The notes under the pieces: model-generated
Told to the model about the DNA's origin: nothing
Databases searched by the model: none
Seen by the model: the letters and a program-made list of their open reading frames with translations, nothing else
Shown: positions 33,036 through 37,343 of the stretch, in pieces
Position numbering within the stretch: position 1 is the stretch's first letter
How the letters are laid out: each line of letters starts with the position of its first letter
From: Bacilli bacterium
Lineage (GTDB): Bacteria > Bacillota_I > Bacilli_A > RF39 > UBA660
Assembly: GCA_045636525.1 (NCBI GenBank)
Contig: JAZTXT010000040.1
Span: 1-37,343, forward strand
Length of the DNA: 37,343 bases
Direction: 5' to 3'
Position numbers and translations under genes: made by a program

Positions 33036-33530
33036 ATGAATAGAAAAGGGTTTACACTAATAGAATTACTAGCAGTAATAGTACTTTTAGGACTTGTTTT
33101 AGTATTTACAATACCAAATATTACAGATACATACAAAAAAAGTAAGCTAAAAACAGAAAAAATATTTGTAGACAAACTATCAGATGTAATAGAGGGTCAC
33201 ATAAAACTAAATAGTAGTGAACTAGCATTTACATTTGACGGCAGAGCACAAAAAGATGGACAAACAGGAACTGTTGATATTTATAAAAGTACTATCACAA
33301 TTCAAAATATTATAAATGGAAATTTGTTATCAGAAACTGACTATATAAATGCCGGTAACAAAGAAACTAAATGTAATGTAAATGCTGAAATAGAAGTATA
33401 TAAAGATTCAGATTATGTCTATTGCCATAAATTAAAAAAAGAATCACTAGGATGTTTGACAACAGAATACAAAAATTCTATTATAACTGAATACGCAATA
33501 GATACATGTATCTGGGAAGAGGTTAAGTAA
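33036..33530 (+). CDS. Prepilin-type N-terminal cleavage/methylation domain protein (pseudopilin/ComGC-like)
   Basis: MNRKGFTLIELLAVIVLLGL is a class III signal peptide (G-1, F+1, E+5). GGAGG is upstream. Four Cys lie in the C-terminal part. Confidence 0.85.
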   Translation: MNRKGFTLIELLAVIVLLGLVLVFTIPNITDTYKKSKLKTEKIFVDKLSDVIEGHIKLNSSELAFTFDGRAQKDGQTGTVDIYKSTITIQNIINGNLLSETDYINAGNKETKCNVNAEIEVYKDSDYVYCHKLKKESLGCLTTEYKNSIITEYAIDTCIWEEVK

Positions 33531-33997
33531 TGACCATAATAATATACATATCAATAATACTACTTTTAATAGATCAAATATCAAAAGTACTAATAGTAAA
33601 ATTAATAGACATAAATAGTAGTATAGAATTAATAAAAAACTTTTTCTATTTAACATATACCCATAATACAGGAGCAGCTTTCAGTATACTAACAGGAAAA
33701 AGAATATTCTTAATACTAGTTGCACTAGTAATACTAATAGTAATATTTAATTATATAAAAAAAAATAAAATAGAATCAAAAGCAGAGAAGATAGCCTTCT
33801 CACTTATAATAGGTGGTTCAATAGGTAATCTACTAGATAGAATAGTAAGAGGTTACGTTATAGATTTTCTAGATTTTAAAATATTTGGATATAATTTCCC
33901 GATATTTAATGTAGCAGATACATTCATTGTAATAGGAGTCTTTCTCCTACTTATAATAACATTAGCAAGAAAGGAAGTAAAGCATGATAATAGATAG
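33530..33997 (+). CDS. lspA: Lipoprotein signal peptidase II
   Basis: NTGAAFS, GGSIGNLLDR and FNVADTFI motifs are present. The start overlaps the stop of the pseudopilin gene (TAATG). Confidence 0.9.
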   Translation: MTIIIYISIILLLIDQISKVLIVKLIDINSSIELIKNFFYLTYTHNTGAAFSILTGKRIFLILVALVILIVIFNYIKKNKIESKAEKIAFSLIIGGSIGNLLDRIVRGYVIDFLDFKIFGYNFPIFNVADTFIVIGVFLLLIITLARKEVKHDNR

Positions 33998-34877
33998 TGA
34001 AAATCAAGGTAAAAGAATAGATAAATATCTTGGAGAAAATACAGAATACACAAGAAGTAAAATACAGAAAATGATTGAAAATAAAAATGTTTTAGTAAAC
34101 GGTAAAGAAGTAAAAGCTAGTTACATTCTAAAAGAAAACGACAATTTAGAAATAACAGAATATATTGAGGAAACAGATATATTACCAGAAAATATCCCAT
34201 TAGATATATATTATGAAGATGATGATTTAATCGTTGTAAATAAACCAAGTGGTATGGTAGTACATCCCGCACCAGGTAATTATACAGGAACACTAGTTAA
34301 TGCACTTTTATACCACACTCAAAATCTAAGTACAGTAAATACAAATGTTAGACCAGGAATTGTTCATAGAATAGATGCCGATACATCAGGTCTTTTACTA
34401 GTGGCAAAAAGTGATACAGCACACAACATACTAGCAGATCAAATTCAAAAGAAAGAAACACTAAGAGAATATATTGCGCTAGTTGAAGGTACAATTACTG
34501 AAGATACTGCTACTATTGATGCTCCAATAGGAAGAGATGTAAATAATAGAAAGAAAATGTGTGTAACAAGTTCAAATTCAAAAGATGCCGTAACACATAT
34601 CAGAGTATTAGAAAGATATAATAAAGCTACACTTATAAGATGTAAACTAGAAACAGGAAGAACACATCAAATAAGAGTACACCTAAATTACATAAATCAT
34701 CCAGTAGTAAATGATCCAGTATATGGATATAAAAAACTAATAGATGAAAAATTTGGACAAATGCTACATGCTGAAAAATTAGGCTTTGTTCATCCGACAA
34801 CAAAAGAATATATGGAATTTACTGCTCCTGTACCTGATAAATTTAATAAAATATTAGAAAAATATAAAGAAGAATAA
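33984..34877 (+). CDS. rluD: RluA-family 23S rRNA pseudouridine synthase (RluD-like)
   Basis: An S4-like N-terminus and the HRIDADTSGLLLVAK and GRTHQIRVH motifs are present. Confidence 0.85.
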   Translation: MIIDSENQGKRIDKYLGENTEYTRSKIQKMIENKNVLVNGKEVKASYILKENDNLEITEYIEETDILPENIPLDIYYEDDDLIVVNKPSGMVVHPAPGNYTGTLVNALLYHTQNLSTVNTNVRPGIVHRIDADTSGLLLVAKSDTAHNILADQIQKKETLREYIALVEGTITEDTATIDAPIGRDVNNRKKMCVTSSNSKDAVTHIRVLERYNKATLIRCKLETGRTHQIRVHLNYINHPVVNDPVYGYKKLIDEKFGQMLHAEKLGFVHPTTKEYMEFTAPVPDKFNKILEKYKEE

Positions 34878-34916
34878 TTAAAAATATCTTGTGATATTCA
34901 AAATCAGTATCATAGG

Positions 34917-34946
34917 AGATTTTTTATAAAGTACAAAAAATCTTTT
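34917..34946 (+). terminator. Intrinsic terminator after rluD
   Basis: agatttttt-ataaagtac-aaaaaatct (9-bp A/T-rich stem) followed by ttt. Confidence 0.4.
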
Positions 34947-34962
34947 CATTTAACGGTATACA

Positions 34963-34971
34963 TGTTATAAT
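34963..34971 (+). promoter_or_regulatory. Extended -10 element upstream of vanW
   Basis: TGtTATAAT at 34963-34971, with a weak -35 TTTTCA 17 nt upstream. Confidence 0.4.
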
Positions 34972-34997
34972 GATTTTGAAATAGGAAGTGTAGTAAT

Positions 34998-35834
34998 ATG
35001 AAAAGAAAACTTTTTTGTCAAATTTCACCAACAACATATAAAATTTCAATGGAAAAAAACATATTATTAAGAAATATAAAAGATATATTTTCCAAAGAAA
35101 GATTTGCAAGTAAAAAACAAGAAGAAAAGTTACCCTATGCAATTTATAAACATAATTCACTTATAAGACGTAAACTTGGTAATGTTAATATGCAACTACA
35201 AGAAAATAAAGCTATAAACTTATCACTAGCGGCACCTAAAATTAGTGGAATAATAATTAAACCAGGTGAAACATTTTCTTTTTGGAAACTTGTTAATCGA
35301 TGCCTTGAAAAAGATGGTTATAAAGAAGGTTTAACAATTTCTTCAGGTAAACCATCATCAGGGATTGGTGGAGGAATGTGTCAGTTATCTAATTTAATTC
35401 ATTGGATGATTTTACATACAGATATGAAAATTACAGAACATCATCATCATGATCAAATAGATTTATTTCCTGATTTCAAAAGAGTTATTCCATTTGGAAC
35501 AGGAACTTCAATAGTATACAACTACCTAGATTATAGATTTAAAAATACTACAGATTTAACGTATCAATTAATAATATATGTAACAGACGAATACTTATGT
35601 GGAGAACTTAGAGCAGATAAAAGACAAGACTATAAATACCATATTTCATCTGAAAATGTATATTTTTCAAAAGAAGCAGATGGTATTTATAGAAATGGTA
35701 AAGTTTATCGCGAAAAAAATGATTGCAAAACAGGTAAATACATATCAAAAGAACTAATAAGAGTCAATCATGCTAAAGTTTGTTATGATACAAGTAATTT
35801 AGAAATAATAGATATTACAAAAAAAAGTAAATAA
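34998..35834 (+). CDS. VanW family protein
   Basis: SGIGGGMCQLSNLIHW and a surrounding VanW-domain-like sequence are present. Confidence 0.8.
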   Translation: MKRKLFCQISPTTYKISMEKNILLRNIKDIFSKERFASKKQEEKLPYAIYKHNSLIRRKLGNVNMQLQENKAINLSLAAPKISGIIIKPGETFSFWKLVNRCLEKDGYKEGLTISSGKPSSGIGGGMCQLSNLIHWMILHTDMKITEHHHHDQIDLFPDFKRVIPFGTGTSIVYNYLDYRFKNTTDLTYQLIIYVTDEYLCGELRADKRQDYKYHISSENVYFSKEADGIYRNGKVYREKNDCKTGKYISKELIRVNHAKVCYDTSNLEIIDITKKSK

Positions 35835-35840
35835 ATGTTT

Positions 35841-35886
35841 AAAAAATCTCGTTTTATATCAATATAAATATGAAAGGAGATTTTTT
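35841..35886 (+). promoter_or_regulatory. Stem-loop pairing the sigG Shine-Dalgarno region with an upstream complement
   Basis: aaaaaatctc (35841-35850) is the exact complement of gagatttttt (35877-35886), which includes the 3' half of the RBS aaaGGAGA. An inner 7-bp helix tttatat/atataaa lies at 35853-35868. Confidence 0.4.
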
Positions 35887-35889
35887 AAT

Positions 35890-36660
35890 ATGTCACGCCA
35901 TAAAGTAGAACTAACTGGTGTGAATACTGCGAATATAAAAGTTTTAACTAGTGAAGAAACATTAGAATTATTTAAAAAAATGAAAGAAGGAGATCCTTTT
36001 GCTAGAGAAGATCTAATAAATGGTAATTTGAAATTAGTTCTTAGTATACTAAAAAAATTCTCAGGTAAGGTAGACAACATGGATGATTTATTTCAAGTAG
36101 GTTGTTTAGGACTCGTAAAAGCAATAGATAACTTTGATACTAGCTACGATGTTAGATTATCTACATATGCCTGTCCTATGATTGAAGGAGAAATAAAAAG
36201 ATATCTAAGAGATAATAATTCAATTAGGATTTCTAGAAGCATCAAAGATCTAGCCTACAAAACACTAAAACTAAAAGAAGAACTATCAACAGGAGGAAAA
36301 GAACCATCAAATAAAGAAGTAGCAGATATCCTTGGTGTAACAGAATATGAAATATCAAATGCCTTAGATTCCTTAAGAGAACCAGTAAGCATGTATGAGC
36401 CTATCTATAATGATGGAGGAGATACCATATATCTATATGATCAAATTGCAAATAGAGAAGAAGAGTATGGCCTTGATAGTAGGCTTGCGCTAGATAAAGC
36501 AATGAAAAATCTAAAAGAAAGAGAAATAAATATTCTAAAAGAAAGATTCATAATCGGTAAAACACAAATGGAAATAGCAGAAGAACTAGGAATATCCCAA
36601 GCTCAAATATCTAGAATAGAAAAAAATGCTATAAATAGTATAAAAAAATATGTTAAATAA
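35890..36660 (+). CDS. sigG: Sporulation sigma factor SigG
   Basis: MSRHKVELTGVNT...VLTSEE...NGNLKLVLSILKKF...DDLFQVGCLGLVKAIDNFD...STYACPMIEGEIKRYLRDNNSIRISRS closely tracks Bacillus/Clostridium SigG, including the SigG-specific N-terminus. Confidence 0.85.
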   Translation: MSRHKVELTGVNTANIKVLTSEETLELFKKMKEGDPFAREDLINGNLKLVLSILKKFSGKVDNMDDLFQVGCLGLVKAIDNFDTSYDVRLSTYACPMIEGEIKRYLRDNNSIRISRSIKDLAYKTLKLKEELSTGGKEPSNKEVADILGVTEYEISNALDSLREPVSMYEPIYNDGGDTIYLYDQIANREEEYGLDSRLALDKAMKNLKEREINILKERFIIGKTQMEIAEELGISQAQISRIEKNAINSIKKYVK

Positions 36661-36726
36661 ACTAAGATTACTAGAAAATAGTATTCTTTTTTCTTTTATA
36701 AAACATATAATTTTATAGGTGATATA

Positions 36727-36960
36727 ATGCGTCTATCAGAACTACAAACAAAAGAAATAATAAATATGACAACAGGTAAAAGATTAGGATTAATAATAGA
36801 TGTGATCGTAGAACAAAATGGTTCTATAAAATCCTTAATAATAGAAGAAAAAAGAGGAAGAAGAATAGCAAGTAGAGAAGAATATGAATTAGATTGGAAA
36901 CAAATAAATAAAATAGGAGATGATATAATTCTAGTTCAAGATAAATACCAAATAAAATAA
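36727..36960 (+). CDS. ymxH: YlmC/YmxH family sporulation protein (PRC-barrel)
   Basis: MRLSELQTKEIINMTTGKRLGLIIDV...DWKQINKIGDDIILV is the family pattern. Confidence 0.8.
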   Translation: MRLSELQTKEIINMTTGKRLGLIIDVIVEQNGSIKSLIIEEKRGRRIASREEYELDWKQINKIGDDIILVQDKYQIK

Positions 36961-36970
36961 AATACCTATC

Positions 36971-36999
36971 TTGTAATAAAAAATTATTTATTATATAAT
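36971..36999 (+). promoter_or_regulatory. Predicted sigma-A promoter of the second prepilin-type gene
   Basis: TTGTAA (36971-36976), a 17-nt spacer, then TATAAT (36994-36999). Confidence 0.55.
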
Positions 37000-37015
37000 A
37001 ATTATAGGTGATACC

Positions 37016-37343
37016 ATGAATAGAAGAGGATTTACACTAATAGAACTACTAGCGGTAATAGTGTTAATAGGAATACTTGGTGTATTAATAGTACCAAATG
37101 TATTAAATGCAGTTGAAGAAGGAAAAACATCATCATATAACACATTAGTAAAAAATATAGTAACATCATCACAAATGTACTATGAAGAATGTGAGTATGG
37201 AGATTTATCAAATGAAAAATATGGTATTTATGCTTGTAAATTAAACTACGATACTAATTCTATAACCACAACTCTAGGAACATTAGCAAATACTGGATTT
37301 TTAAATGTAAATAATACCAAAGAAGAAAATGGTAAAGAAATAA
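37016..37343 (+). CDS. Prepilin-type N-terminal cleavage/methylation domain protein, 3'-truncated by the window edge
   Basis: The gene starts at ATG 37016 after AGGTGA. MNRRGFTLIELLAVIVLIGILGVLIVPN... stays open to the last base. It is not in the ORF track because no stop falls inside the window. Confidence 0.8.
   Translation, partial: MNRRGFTLIELLAVIVLIGILGVLIVPNVLNAVEEGKTSSYNTLVKNIVTSSQMYYEECEYGDLSNEKYGIYACKLNYDTNSITTTLGTLANTGFLNVNNTKEENGKEI

Overview
Very AT-rich, low-GC Firmicute-type chromosomal segment. It has Gram-positive AGGAGG-type ribosome-binding sites (RBS), RNase J and the sporulation genes sigG and ymxH.

Accessory part (nt 1 to ~12.8 kb):
- A 5'-truncated Fic gene is tightly coupled to a GIY-YIG/T5orf172 gene.
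- An XRE-HTH protein carries a DnaA-domain-I-like C-terminus.
- A ~9-kb integrase-less island (about 2311-11368) is bracketed by 315-bp, ~90% identical direct repeats of the promoter and 5' end of an amidase gene. The left copy is a 104-codon stump and the right copy heads the intact 5xLysM amidase.
- The island carries a stand-alone reverse transcriptase (catalytic YSDD, no fused effector domain), a frameshifted HTH gene remnant, and an AbrB/SpoVT-like gene translationally coupled to a complete Type I R-M operon (hsdM-hsdS-hsdR).
- The RT is preceded by a predicted sigma-A promoter and a ~320-nt structured non-coding leader.

The RT plus leader is my best candidate for the interesting system. 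It looks like a UG/Abi-class, DRT-like module templated by a non-coding RNA. I cannot assign it to a known DRT type by eye.

Core part:
- rnj and a small membrane/CPBP/zinc-ribbon cluster.
- An ABC-F ATPase.
- A zinc-ribbon membrane protein plus an HxxxDG acyltransferase-like gene.
- A long operon: rimP(short)-nusA-ylxR-infB-[three unknown paralogous ORFs]-rbfA-nrnA-truB-mutL-miaA.
- gpsA, DUF192, an HExxH protein, lspA, rluD, vanW, sigG, ymxH and two orphan prepilin-type genes.

Two families of intergenic hairpin repeats are also present. One has conserved loops with covarying stems at three loci. The other is a degenerate 31-36-nt tandem hairpin array between the amidase gene and rnj.

No rRNA, tRNA, CRISPR array, transposase or integrase was recognised.
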